Program-made: the position numbers and the translations under genes
In this document: positions 38,473-48,120 of the stretch, in pieces
Layout: every line of letters starts with the position of its first letter
Numbering within the stretch: position 1 is the stretch's first letter
Notes under the pieces: model-generated
Database searches by the model: none
Told to the model about the DNA's origin: nothing
Seen by the model: the letters and a program-made list of their open reading frames with translations, nothing else
DNA from: Candidatus Tayloriibacteriota bacterium
GTDB lineage: Bacteria; Patescibacteriota; Minisyncoccia; Phycocordibacterales; PALSA-1337
DNA length: 64,000 nucleotides
Direction of reading: 5' to 3'
Assembly (NCBI GenBank): GCA_016215455.1
Contig: JACRJP010000002.1
Span: 151,622 to 215,621, forward strand

Positions 38473-39027
38473 ATGAATCCATCAATTAAACAACAGGCCG
38501 GCGGACAACGAAATTGGTATGCCATCCACACATATGCTGGCTACGAAAATGCTGTTGCTCGTAACTTGAAGCAGCGTATTGAATCTCTCGGAATGGAAGA
38601 TCGTATTTTTAGTGTCATTGTTCCAACAGAAAAGAAAATTAAGATTAAGGGAACTAAGCGTGTTGAAGAAGAAGAAAAGATTTATCCCGGATACATTCTC
38701 GTGGATATGATTGTGACAGATGATTCATGGTTCGTTGTTCGAAATACTCCTCGTGTAACTGGATTTGTCGGATCAGGTGTGTACCCAGTACCTCTTGCTA
38801 AGACTGAAGTAGATGCTCTGTTTGCACGAATGAATAATACTGATGTGAAGCATAAGATGGACTTTGCTCCTGATGATATCGTTAAGATTGTTGACGGCCC
38901 ATTTAAGGATTTGGAAGGGAAGGTTAGTGAAATTGATGACAATCGAGGCAAGATTAAGGTTCTCGTTGCAATGTTTGGTCGAGAAACTCCAGTCGAGCTC
39001 GACTTCTTGCAAGTAAAGAAGATCTAA
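38473..39027 (+). CDS. nusG: Transcription factor NusG
   Basis: WYAIHTYAGYE, YPGY, VTGFVG, KOW, FGRETPVEL. Confidence 0.97.
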   Translation: MNPSIKQQAGGQRNWYAIHTYAGYENAVARNLKQRIESLGMEDRIFSVIVPTEKKIKIKGTKRVEEEEKIYPGYILVDMIVTDDSWFVVRNTPRVTGFVGSGVYPVPLAKTEVDALFARMNNTDVKHKMDFAPDDIVKIVDGPFKDLEGKVSEIDDNRGKIKVLVAMFGRETPVELDFLQVKKI

Positions 39028-39095
39028 GGTACTCTACATTACACCTCAGCTTCTAGAGGCGTGCGCGAATTCTAGAAATAAACTAATCATTATAT

Positions 39096-39518
39096 ATGGC
39101 AAAGAAAGTAACAAAGAAACTAAAACTCGTCATTCCAGCAGGAAAGGCGAATCCAGCACCTCCAGTAGGTCCAGCTCTTGGTCAGGCCGGTGTTAACATT
39201 GGTGAATTCGTAAAGCGATTCAACGATGCAACTAAAGATATGATGGGAGATATTGTTCCTGTCGAAATATCAGTGTACGATGACCGAACATTTGATTTTG
39301 TTTTGAAGACACCTCCAGCATCAAGTCTTATTCTCAAGGCTCTCAAGCAAGAGAAGGGATCTGGTAAACCAAACACAAAGAAGATTGGTACTATCACTAA
39401 GGCACAACTTAAGGAGATTGCAGAAAAGAAACTTCCTGACCTCAACGCAACAGATATCGAACAGGCAATGAAGATTATCGCAGGTTCAGCTCGATCAATG
39501 GGGGTGGACGTTAAGTAA
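39096..39518 (+). CDS. rplK: 50S ribosomal protein L11
   Basis: [29 protein letters not shown]. Confidence 0.98.
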   Translation: MAKKVTKKLKLVIPAGKANPAPPVGPALGQAGVNIGEFVKRFNDATKDMMGDIVPVEISVYDDRTFDFVLKTPPASSLILKALKQEKGSGKPNTKKIGTITKAQLKEIAEKKLPDLNATDIEQAMKIIAGSARSMGVDVK

Positions 39519-39539
39519 GACAAAATAGATAACTATTTT

Positions 39540-39572
39540 AAACAAAAACCGACTGAATGTCGGTTTTTGTTT
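39540..39572. terminator. Bidirectional terminator between rplK and DHFR
   Basis: AAACAAAAACCGAC-tgaat-GTCGGTTTTTGTTT. Confidence 0.9.
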
Positions 39573-39582
39573 TGTTGAAAAA

Positions 39583-40107
39583 TTAAGGAAGATGCTTTAC
39601 TTCAGGTGCTCCTGTATAGCGCACATTATACTCCAACAAAAGTGTACCTGTCGGAGTGGTCTCTGATGATTTTAGTTCAAGGTGAATATTACATGCTTCG
39701 TTAAAGAGTGAAATTCCTTTTCCAAACAAAAGAGGTTCGATCGTGAGATATATTTTCTGTACCACTTGTGCCTTTAGAAACATTGAGTAGATTTGTGAAC
39801 CGCCACAAATAGCTGCTTCAGTCGCCCCTTGTGCTTCAAGTTTTGCAAGAAGGGTATGAGGATCGTCTTGTGTGACAAGGGCACCTTCTAGTGTTTGATG
39901 GGTTCGAGAGTAGACAATATTGGTTCGTTCTTTGAGTGCGCGGGGTAGTGTTTTGTATGTTTGAGAGCCCATAATAACAATACCGGCCTGTCGGGTGAGC
40001 TCAACAAAGCGCTTTTTATCCTCTTTACTTGTCCAGAAAGCTGGGTGATTGCTGTCTTTTGCAATAAAGCCGTCTGCACTTACAGCTGCGATGATAAAAG
40101 TTTTCAT
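39583..40107 (-). CDS. Dihydrofolate reductase family protein
   Basis: SADGFIA, WTSKED..F, IMGSQTY, CGGSQIY; next to thyA operon. Confidence 0.85.
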   Translation of the reverse strand: MKTFIIAAVSADGFIAKDSNHPAFWTSKEDKKRFVELTRQAGIVIMGSQTYKTLPRALKERTNIVYSRTHQTLEGALVTQDDPHTLLAKLEAQGATEAAICGGSQIYSMFLKAQVVQKIYLTIEPLLFGKGISLFNEACNIHLELKSSETTPTGTLLLEYNVRYTGAPEVKHLP

Positions 40108-40191
40108 AGTAAAGTATAAAATTTTATAGTTGTCATCTATGACGACCCCTTTATGAGGAGTATACTTCATATTGAACATTAAAGAAAACCC

Positions 40192-40872
40192 ATGTCACGT
40201 ACCTATGAAGTAGAAATCAAAAGTTTGTTGGGCTCGAAGGAAAATGCTGATTCTCTTAAAAAAGGATTCATGAAAATGTATCCTACCGCAAAATTGGTAG
40301 GAGAGGAAAAGCAACTCAATCATTATTTCAATGCTCCAAGTGAATTTGCCACACTCAAAACAAATCTTCTTAAAGTCCTCCCTGAGGATAAAAAAGAATC
40401 TCTTGAGTATATTCTTACACAAGGCAAAAAGCTTTCAATTCGAACTCGTGATGCGAATGGAAAAGTACTCGTAGTTATCAAAGCGTCAGTAGGTGATGAT
40501 AGTAGTTCAAATGGTGTGAAGAGAATTGAATTTGAAGCAGTAGTGACAATGACTCTCGGTGAGCTTGATGATCTACTATTGGCTTCAGGATGTTCATACC
40601 AGGCAAAGTGGTCTCGAGAACGAGAAGAATATGAAGCAGGGGATATGCATATGTGCCTTGATAAAAATGCAGGATATGGCTATCTTGCTGAGTTTGAGAA
40701 GGTAACAAATGATGAAGCATCCCTTGATCGAGTCCGAGATGAGTTACTTGCTGTTATGAAGAGTCTGGATGTTGTAGAATTAGCACAGGATAGACTCGAG
40801 CGAATGTTTGCTCACTATAATGCACATTGGGCGGAGTATTACGGAACAGATAAGACATTTAATATAGAATAA
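40192..40872 (+). CDS. CYTH (triphosphate tunnel metalloenzyme) domain protein
   Basis: YEVEIK (ExExK), QLNHYF, SIRTR, RIEFE, KWSRERE, GYLAEFE. Confidence 0.85.
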   Translation: MSRTYEVEIKSLLGSKENADSLKKGFMKMYPTAKLVGEEKQLNHYFNAPSEFATLKTNLLKVLPEDKKESLEYILTQGKKLSIRTRDANGKVLVVIKASVGDDSSSNGVKRIEFEAVVTMTLGELDDLLLASGCSYQAKWSREREEYEAGDMHMCLDKNAGYGYLAEFEKVTNDEASLDRVRDELLAVMKSLDVVELAQDRLERMFAHYNAHWAEYYGTDKTFNIE

Positions 40873-40883
40873 TTTCCCACGAC

Positions 40884-41474
40884 ATGTATCTCTCAGATAG
40901 TGATATTAAGAAGGCAGTAAAAAATGGTGATATAGTACTCAGTAATTTTGATGAGACTCGATTGCAACCTGCGAGTTATGACATTATTCTCGGTAATAAG
41001 TTTATTGTTTGGAATACCGAAAAGTCGACAGCGATTGATCCTGTAAATAAGATATTTCCTGAGACAAAGGAACTTATTATCCCTGATGATGGTTTTTTTG
41101 TACTCCATCCAGGTATCAGTATCCTTGGTACATCAGTAGATCATTTCGGTTCTGATAAGTATTTGATCCAATTGTCAGGAAAGAGTAGTCTCGCTCGAAT
41201 TGGTCTCATTGTTCACAATACTGCCGGACTTATCAATCCAGGACATTTCCTTAATATTACATTTGAGCTCTGTAACCTTAACCATATCCCTATCATCCTT
41301 CGCCCTAATATGCGAATTGGACAGATTACCTTCTCACAGCTCACCAATCCTCCAGTAAAGGATTACAAAACAACAGGGAGGTATCATGGGCGAGATTGGC
41401 AACACTTCGTTGACCCTAAGGAGGATGAAAAGAAGAAGGGTAAGAAAGTGATAGCAAAATCAAAGAAGAAATAA
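40884..41474 (+). CDS. dcd: dCTP deaminase
   Basis: [37 protein letters not shown]. Confidence 0.92.
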   Translation: MYLSDSDIKKAVKNGDIVLSNFDETRLQPASYDIILGNKFIVWNTEKSTAIDPVNKIFPETKELIIPDDGFFVLHPGISILGTSVDHFGSDKYLIQLSGKSSLARIGLIVHNTAGLINPGHFLNITFELCNLNHIPIILRPNMRIGQITFSQLTNPPVKDYKTTGRYHGRDWQHFVDPKEDEKKKGKKVIAKSKKK

Positions 41475-41488
41475 TTTACTCAACTACC

Positions 41489-42535
41489 ATGCCAAAAAAG
41501 ATCCAAAAGAAGGTACAGAAGAAGGTGATAAAAAAGGTACGATCAAAAAGTACAGGACGGCATCCTGAAGAACAATACCTTGATCTTCTAAAGGATATTT
41601 TGAAAAATGGTTTTGAGAAAAAAGAATTTAATACAGGTATAGCAATTAAGAGTGTCTTTGGTCGAATGATGCGATTCGATCTCTCAAAAGGTTTTCCTCT
41701 CCTTACGACAAAAAAGGTATTCATGAAAGGAATTATTCACGAACTCGTATGGTTTCTTCGAGGGGATACTAATATAAAATATCTTGTCGACAACGATGTT
41801 CATATTTGGGATGAATGGCCATATAAGGAATATAAGAAACTCATGGAAGCCGGTACGGTACCAGCTATGACTCAGCAGGAGTTCATCGCAAAGATAAAGG
41901 CGGATGAAAGTTTCTCAAAGAAATATGGTGAACTCGGTCCAGTGTATGGCCGACAGTGGAGACGATGGCCGGCATCTGATGGTCGAGAGATTGATCAGTT
42001 GGCATGGGCGATTGAAAAATCAAAGAAATATCCAGATCGTAAACATGTGGTGATTTCTGCATGGAATCCAGAATATGTATATGAAATGGCAAAACCAGGA
42101 ACATCAATGGCTATTCCTCCATGTCATACAATGTTTAATATCAACGTGACAAATGGAAAACTTTCTCTTTCTTTGTATCAAAGAAGTGCGGATACATTTT
42201 TGGGAGTGCCTTTCAATATCGCTTCATACTCATTGTTGGCGATGGTATTGGCACAGGTATGTGGATACAAAGTGGGGGATTTTGTACACATGTTGGGAGA
42301 CACACATCTTTACGGAAATCATTATGAACAAGCTAAAGAACAGTCAAAGCGAAAGCCACGACCATTTCCTACAGTAAAAATTAATCCAAATCTCAAGAAT
42401 ATTGATGATATTAAGTTCGAAGACTTCGAACTCGTAGGATACGACCCACATCCTCCGATTAAAGGTGAAATTACAGTTGTCGGTGGATTCAATGCGAAGG
42501 ATACAAAGAACTTTACATTTAAAGGTAAAAAATGA
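41489..42535 (+). CDS. thyA: Thymidylate synthase
   Basis: [41 protein letters not shown]. Confidence 0.97.
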   Translation: MPKKIQKKVQKKVIKKVRSKSTGRHPEEQYLDLLKDILKNGFEKKEFNTGIAIKSVFGRMMRFDLSKGFPLLTTKKVFMKGIIHELVWFLRGDTNIKYLVDNDVHIWDEWPYKEYKKLMEAGTVPAMTQQEFIAKIKADESFSKKYGELGPVYGRQWRRWPASDGREIDQLAWAIEKSKKYPDRKHVVISAWNPEYVYEMAKPGTSMAIPPCHTMFNINVTNGKLSLSLYQRSADTFLGVPFNIASYSLLAMVLAQVCGYKVGDFVHMLGDTHLYGNHYEQAKEQSKRKPRPFPTVKINPNLKNIDDIKFEDFELVGYDPHPPIKGEITVVGGFNAKDTKNFTFKGKK

Positions 42536-42999
42536 GACATACCACCCTTGTTTTCTTGCTGCGCGATAAAGAAATTCTTCTAGCGATGAAGAAACAAGGT
42601 TTTGGTATGGGAAAGATGAATGGAGTAGGGGGTAAGGTAGAACCTGGGGAAGATATTGTTGTAGGCGCTGCACGTGAAGCACAAGAAGAAATAGGTGTAA
42701 CGATTGATGTGTATGATTTGGAAAGAGTTGCTGTTAATACATTTGAATTCCAAGAAAAACCTGAATGGAATCAAGAGTGTCATATTTTCTTTGCTCGAAA
42801 ATGGAAAGGGGAACCAGTTGAATCTGATGAGATGAAACCAGAGTGGATTTCACTTGCTGCTATACCATATGAACATATGTGGGCAGATGATAAGTTCTGG
42901 TTACCGCGAGCTCTTGCGGGTGAGAAATTAAAGGCACACTTTCTCTTTACAAAAGACGGAGTAATGACAGACACATATTCAGTAGAGACTCTCAAGTAA
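42532..42999 (+). CDS. Nudix hydrolase, MTH1/8-oxo-dGTPase-like
   Basis: [40 protein letters not shown]; overlaps thyA stop. Confidence 0.9.
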   Translation: MRHTTLVFLLRDKEILLAMKKQGFGMGKMNGVGGKVEPGEDIVVGAAREAQEEIGVTIDVYDLERVAVNTFEFQEKPEWNQECHIFFARKWKGEPVESDEMKPEWISLAAIPYEHMWADDKFWLPRALAGEKLKAHFLFTKDGVMTDTYSVETLK

Positions 43000-43059
43000 T
43001 TTTTATTACTGTACTTGGTGAGTATAATCTCTTGACGAAAAATGAGTTGGTGGTAGCAT

Positions 43060-43426
43060 TCTACAGTGCAGGCAAAGTTTGACCACACACCTGCGCTCCT
43101 CCCCGTTCCTCCGCGGGAAGACGAGGATGGCTCTTCATAAAGAAAAGACGGACGTCACGACACATGGGTTTCAAGTTGGTGTGATCGTGATTAATCACAT
43201 ATTCGAGGATACCTCGAGCGTGCCCTAGTATGTCATGGATCTATCATAGGGGTTATTTGGGCCTTGTTCGACGAGAACCCCGGACCATCTAGGTGTGATT
43301 GTAGTACGGCGTTACCTGGGCTAATCGTGCTTCATCTTCCGTGCTAGTTTTCTTTTACCACCTCGTCATTGAGGCATGGCACCGCTGTAGAGCTCCGTCT
43401 CTCTGCACCGGTGCCTGTTTTTATTT
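43060..43426 (+). ncRNA. Candidate structured non-coding RNA of unknown family
   Basis: TTGACG-16-TAGCAT promoter, several hairpins, one long-range helix, terminal hairpin plus T tract, no independent ORF above 60 aa. Confidence 0.4.
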
Positions 43427-43472
43427 ATCCCACATGTTTTCCCTCAAAGAGCCAATATGTTACACTACCGAC

Positions 43473-44654
43473 ATGAAAGACACCCAGATCAAAAAACTGA
43501 TTGATACTGAAAAAAAGCGTCAAAAGAGCGTTATTAACCTCATTGCTTCAGAAAATTATGTATCTCAAGATGTACTTGATGCTTTGGGTTCGGAATTGAC
43601 GAATAAGTATGCTGAAGGGTATTCAGGGGCTCGTTACTATGGAGGAAATGAAATAATCGATAAGGTTGAGGATCTCTGCTGTGAGCGAGCACTCAAGCTT
43701 TTTGATCTTAATGAGAATGAATGGCATATCAATACTCAACCCCTCTCAGGTTCTCCTGCGAATCTTGCGGTATACGTTGGTCTTGTTCCTCAGGGTGCAA
43801 AGATTATGGGAATGTCACTCGATCACGGAGGACATCTTACACACGGTTTTAAGGTTTCTGCTACTGGAAAATTTTGGACACAAGTTCCATATGGAGTACA
43901 AAAAGAAACTGAACTTCTTGATTATGAAGCCCTCAAAAATCTCGCAATAGCAGAAAAGCCTGCCATTATTGTCGCAGGATATACTGCGTATCCTCGAAAG
44001 GTTGATTGGAAAAAGTTTAGAGAAATTGCAGATGCAAGTGGCGCACTCCTCATGGTCGACATGTCGCACCTTGGGGGACTTGTTGCGGGTAAGGTATATC
44101 CATCACCATTTCCATATGCTGATATTGTGACTACAACAACGCATAAGACACTCCGAGGTCCAAGAGGTGCACTTATATTTGTTCGTAAGGATGAACGAGG
44201 TCTTGATAAGAAAATAGATAAAGCTGTTTTTCCAGGTCTTCAGGGTGGTCCACACATGAACCAAACAGCAGCAATTGCTGTAGCTCTTAAGGAAGCTTCA
44301 ACCCCAGCTTTCAAAAAGTATGCCGGTCAAATTTTAAAAAATGCTACTGCGTTAGCAGCTGAACTTTCGAAGCGTGGTTGGAGAATTGTTTCTGGTGGTA
44401 CGGATTCTCATTTGATCCTCGTTGATACATGGATGAATGGCGCGGGTATTTCTGGAAAAGAAGCGAGTGATCGTCTTGAAGCTGCTGGAATTATTGTGAA
44501 CAAAAATACTATCCCATTTGATTCTCGATCACCAGTGGATCCTTCAGGAATTCGCCTTGGAACTGCCGCAGAAACTACTCGCGGAAAGAAAGAAAAAGAT
44601 TTTAAGAAAATTGCAGAAAAGATTGATCAAGTTTTGAATGCTAAGAAGAAGTAA
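43473..44654 (+). CDS. glyA: Serine hydroxymethyltransferase
   Basis: LIASEN, NKYAEGY, GGHLTHG, TTTHKTLRGPRG; start moved to ATG 43473. Confidence 0.97.
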   Translation: MKDTQIKKLIDTEKKRQKSVINLIASENYVSQDVLDALGSELTNKYAEGYSGARYYGGNEIIDKVEDLCCERALKLFDLNENEWHINTQPLSGSPANLAVYVGLVPQGAKIMGMSLDHGGHLTHGFKVSATGKFWTQVPYGVQKETELLDYEALKNLAIAEKPAIIVAGYTAYPRKVDWKKFREIADASGALLMVDMSHLGGLVAGKVYPSPFPYADIVTTTTHKTLRGPRGALIFVRKDERGLDKKIDKAVFPGLQGGPHMNQTAAIAVALKEASTPAFKKYAGQILKNATALAAELSKRGWRIVSGGTDSHLILVDTWMNGAGISGKEASDRLEAAGIIVNKNTIPFDSRSPVDPSGIRLGTAAETTRGKKEKDFKKIAEKIDQVLNAKKK

Positions 44655-44670
44655 TATCTAGTTTTATCTA

Positions 44671-46344
44671 ATGATTAGTGATCTTACACCAACACAATTT
44701 AATGACCTCGCCGAGATTCTCTTTCCTGATGTTAAAGAAGGAGTTGATGCATACGAAGCAAAATTTCCTGAAAGAAATATCGATGGTGCTCCAGTAACTC
44801 GATTTTGTCCAAGTCCAACAGGTGTAATGCACATTGGTGGAGTTTTTGCTGCACTTATTTCAGATCGTATAGCGCACGCACATCCAAAAGGTGTATTTTA
44901 TTTGCGCATAGAAGATACTGATCAGGGACGAAAAATAGAAGAAGCATACGATGGAATCTATTCTGCAATGCGAAGTTTTGATGTACAGGTCAATGAAGGA
45001 ATTGATGGAAAGGGGAGCTATGGTCCGTACGTGCAATCAGAAAGACTTGATATCTATCGAGCCTTTACTAAAGAGTTGGTTCGATTAGGTCATGCATATC
45101 CATGTTTTTCTACTCCTGAAGAACTTGATGAAATTCGTAAGAAACAAGAGGCTCTTAAACTTCGACCAGGATATTATGGAACATGGGCAGTTGGTCGAAA
45201 GAATTCTTTTGCTGATATTACAAAAAATATTTCTGAAAAAAAGCCGTACGTTATTCGACTTCTTTCACGTGGTTCAGATAAGAATCAGAGAAAGTATAAT
45301 GATCTCATTAAGGGCGAAATTACGGTAACTGAAAATGATCAGGACAGTGTTCTCATTAAGTCTGACGGTTTTCCTACGTATCACTTAGCACATGTTGTTG
45401 ATGATCATTTAATGAAGACGACACTTGTGTTGCGAGGGGATGAATGGGTATCTTCACTTCCACTTCATCTTGAGCTCTTTGCGGCATTCGGTTGGAGTGT
45501 TCCTTCGTATGCGCATATTGCACCAATCTTAAAGCAAGATGGAGTTGGACGACGTAAACTTAGTAAGAGAAAAGATCCTGAAGCAGCAGTGAGTTACTAT
45601 GTTGATCAGGGGTACCCTACAGATGCTGTAATTGAGTATCTTCTTAATATCGCAAATTCTGACTTTGAACCATGGAGAGCTGCAAATCTCATATTGCCAA
45701 ATTCTAAGTTTCCTTTACGTCTTGAAAAGATGAGTAAGAGTGGAGCGTTGTTTGATCTCAAGAAACTTGATGATGTGAGTAAAAATATTGTTGGTCGAAT
45801 GAGTGCTGATGAAGTCTATCAACATGTTCGAGTATGGTCACAAACTCGTGATACAGAACTACATGATCTTTTTGGTAAAGATGAGGTATATACACGTGCG
45901 GTACTTAACATTGAAAGAGGTGGAACAACGACTCGTAAAGATATTGGAAAATGGAACGATGTTCGTGAAGCAGTTGGATATTTCTTTGATGATGTATATG
46001 CTGATCTAAAAAGTAAGCTTGATATAGCTACAACTCTTCCTGCGAGCGTAACAGTCGAACAGTGTAAAGCTTTATTATCTGAATACGCGGGAGTGTATGA
46101 TGCAAACCTTGATAAAGTTACTTGGTTTGAAAAATTAAAAGAATTTGCCGGAGCTCACGGGTTTGCGAAGGATACAAAAGAGTTTAAGGCTGATCCGAGT
46201 AAGTTTAAGGGGTCAGTAGGGGATATTGCAATGCTACTTCGACTTGCTCTGACAACAAAGACAAAAACGCCTGATCTTCATGAAACAATGAAGGTTATGG
46301 GTGTTGATCGAGTCAGTGCACGTCTCAAAGGGTTTATTGCGTAA
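44671..46344 (+). CDS. gltX: Glutamate-tRNA ligase
   Basis: RFCPSPTG.MHIGG, LRIEDTD, PTYHLAHVVDD, KLSKR. Confidence 0.95.
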   Translation: MISDLTPTQFNDLAEILFPDVKEGVDAYEAKFPERNIDGAPVTRFCPSPTGVMHIGGVFAALISDRIAHAHPKGVFYLRIEDTDQGRKIEEAYDGIYSAMRSFDVQVNEGIDGKGSYGPYVQSERLDIYRAFTKELVRLGHAYPCFSTPEELDEIRKKQEALKLRPGYYGTWAVGRKNSFADITKNISEKKPYVIRLLSRGSDKNQRKYNDLIKGEITVTENDQDSVLIKSDGFPTYHLAHVVDDHLMKTTLVLRGDEWVSSLPLHLELFAAFGWSVPSYAHIAPILKQDGVGRRKLSKRKDPEAAVSYYVDQGYPTDAVIEYLLNIANSDFEPWRAANLILPNSKFPLRLEKMSKSGALFDLKKLDDVSKNIVGRMSADEVYQHVRVWSQTRDTELHDLFGKDEVYTRAVLNIERGGTTTRKDIGKWNDVREAVGYFFDDVYADLKSKLDIATTLPASVTVEQCKALLSEYAGVYDANLDKVTWFEKLKEFAGAHGFAKDTKEFKADPSKFKGSVGDIAMLLRLALTTKTKTPDLHETMKVMGVDRVSARLKGFIA

Positions 46345-46358
46345 AAGTTACATTCACG

Positions 46359-48077
46359 ATGAAAAAGATTATCCAAGAACATATTGAAAAAGCCCTTACA
46401 AAACTCGGTGCAACCGATGTGAGTTTTGTGGTTGAACATCCCGCTGATCTCGCTCATGGTGATTTTGCTACAAATGTCGCTTTATCTGCTGCAAAAAAAC
46501 TTGGCAAAAAGCCGCGCGAAGTCGCTGATCTTATTGTTGCAGAACTTACTGTTTCATTACCTGTTGGTGTGTCTGAAAAGGTAATAGCAATTGAAATTGC
46601 TGGTCCTGGTTTTATTAATTTCCGTTGCAGTGTTTCAGTATTTGTTACTGACCTAACTCGAATTATTTCAGAAAACAAGATGTATGGAAGTGTTGTCGAA
46701 CGCAAAGGACAGAAAGTGATGGTTGAATTTACCGACCCGAATCCTTTCAAGATTTTCCATATTGGACACCTCATGTCGAATACTATTGGTGAAGCAATTG
46801 CACGCATAATGGAATCATCAGGTGCAGAAGTTGTTCGTGCATGTTACCAAGGAGATGTCGGACTTCATGTAGCTCGAACTATGTGGGGTATTTTGCAGAA
46901 TAAGGATAAGTTTCCAAAAGAATCGGTATCACTTGTTGATCGAATTAAGTTTCTTGGAGATATGTATGTAATCGGTGCAAATATCGAAACTCCTGAAGCA
47001 CTTGCAGAAATTGCTGTGCTTAATAAAAAGATTTTTGAGAAAAGTGATTCAGAAATTAACGAGTATTACACTAAAGGCCGAACCTGGAGTCTTGAGTATT
47101 TTGAGACAATATACAAAAAACTTGGTACAAAGTTTGTCCACTACTTCTTCGAAAGCGAAGTGGCTGATGAGGGGGTACGTATTGTACGAGAATTTTTAAA
47201 GAAAGATATATTTGAAGAAAGTGATGGGGCTATTGTTTTTAAAGGTGAAGAATTTGGTCTTCATACACGTGTTTTCATTAACTCTCAAGGGTTACCTACC
47301 TATGAAGCGAAGGAAATTGGTTTGAACAAGAGAAAGTTTGAAGTGGAACCAACTCTTACCGAATCGATTATCATCACAGCTAATGAACAATCTGACTATT
47401 TTAAGGTGTTACTAAAAGTTTTTTCTCTTGTGTATCCAGAGATTGCTGCGAAGACAAAACATTTCAGTCACGGTATGCTCCGTTTTGCTTCAGGCAAAAT
47501 GTCTTCACGAAAGGGAAATATCATTGCAGCTGAAACTCTTATTACTGATGTAGAGAATTTAGTCCTTGAGAAAATAAAAGATCGTGGATTTGATGCAGAG
47601 GTTACTCAGCAGATTGCGTATGATGTTGCTGCTGCTGCGATTAAGTATTCAATTCTTCGACAGTCTGTCGGAGGTGATATTATCTACGATGTTGCAACCT
47701 CAGTTTCATTCGAAGGGGATTCAGGTCCTTACTTACAATATTCATGTGTCCGAGCTCGATCTGTTGTCGGGAAAGCACAGGAAATTGGAATCAAACCTGT
47801 GATTGATCTACAAGTACGGGAGGTTTCACCTCTTGAAAAGATGATGGTTCGTTACCCAGAAATTCTCGAACGAGCTCGTACTGAGTATGCTCCACACTAC
47901 ATTGTGACGTATCTTACTGAACTCGCATCAGCTTTTAATGCATATTACGCGGAGAATAAGATTATTGATGCAACAGACACTACTTCAGCACATAAAGTTG
48001 CTGTCACTCAGGCTTTTGCTCAAATAATGGAAAATGGTCTCTTGGTTATTGGTATTCGAGTACCAGCGAAGATGTAG
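46359..48077 (+). CDS. argS: Arginine-tRNA ligase
   Basis: GDFATN, AGPGFIN, NP.K.FHIGH, KMSSRKG, GPYLQY. Confidence 0.96.
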   Translation: MKKIIQEHIEKALTKLGATDVSFVVEHPADLAHGDFATNVALSAAKKLGKKPREVADLIVAELTVSLPVGVSEKVIAIEIAGPGFINFRCSVSVFVTDLTRIISENKMYGSVVERKGQKVMVEFTDPNPFKIFHIGHLMSNTIGEAIARIMESSGAEVVRACYQGDVGLHVARTMWGILQNKDKFPKESVSLVDRIKFLGDMYVIGANIETPEALAEIAVLNKKIFEKSDSEINEYYTKGRTWSLEYFETIYKKLGTKFVHYFFESEVADEGVRIVREFLKKDIFEESDGAIVFKGEEFGLHTRVFINSQGLPTYEAKEIGLNKRKFEVEPTLTESIIITANEQSDYFKVLLKVFSLVYPEIAAKTKHFSHGMLRFASGKMSSRKGNIIAAETLITDVENLVLEKIKDRGFDAEVTQQIAYDVAAAAIKYSILRQSVGGDIIYDVATSVSFEGDSGPYLQYSCVRARSVVGKAQEIGIKPVIDLQVREVSPLEKMMVRYPEILERARTEYAPHYIVTYLTELASAFNAYYAENKIIDATDTTSAHKVAVTQAFAQIMENGLLVIGIRVPAKM

Positions 48078-48120
48078 TCATTACCCCCCTTGATTATTTT
48101 CTAGGGAAGCATATACTCTT

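Noticed and set aside
43300-43325. ZTP (pfl) riboswitch upstream of glyA, prompted by CCTGGGC
   Set aside because: No GACTGGCG 5' element or CGCC pseudoknot partner; glycine and THF riboswitch cores also not recognised.
43060-43426. RNase P RNA or tmRNA, given the size
   Set aside because: No GAGGAAAGTCC or ACAGAA..GGCTTA regions and no tRNA-Ala-like ends on either strand.
43341-43472. N-terminal extension of GlyA, and similar extensions of rpsT, yqgF, secE, rpsF, efp, tatD and 52522
   Set aside because: Longest-ORF artefacts; homology and -10 spacing point to downstream ATGs.
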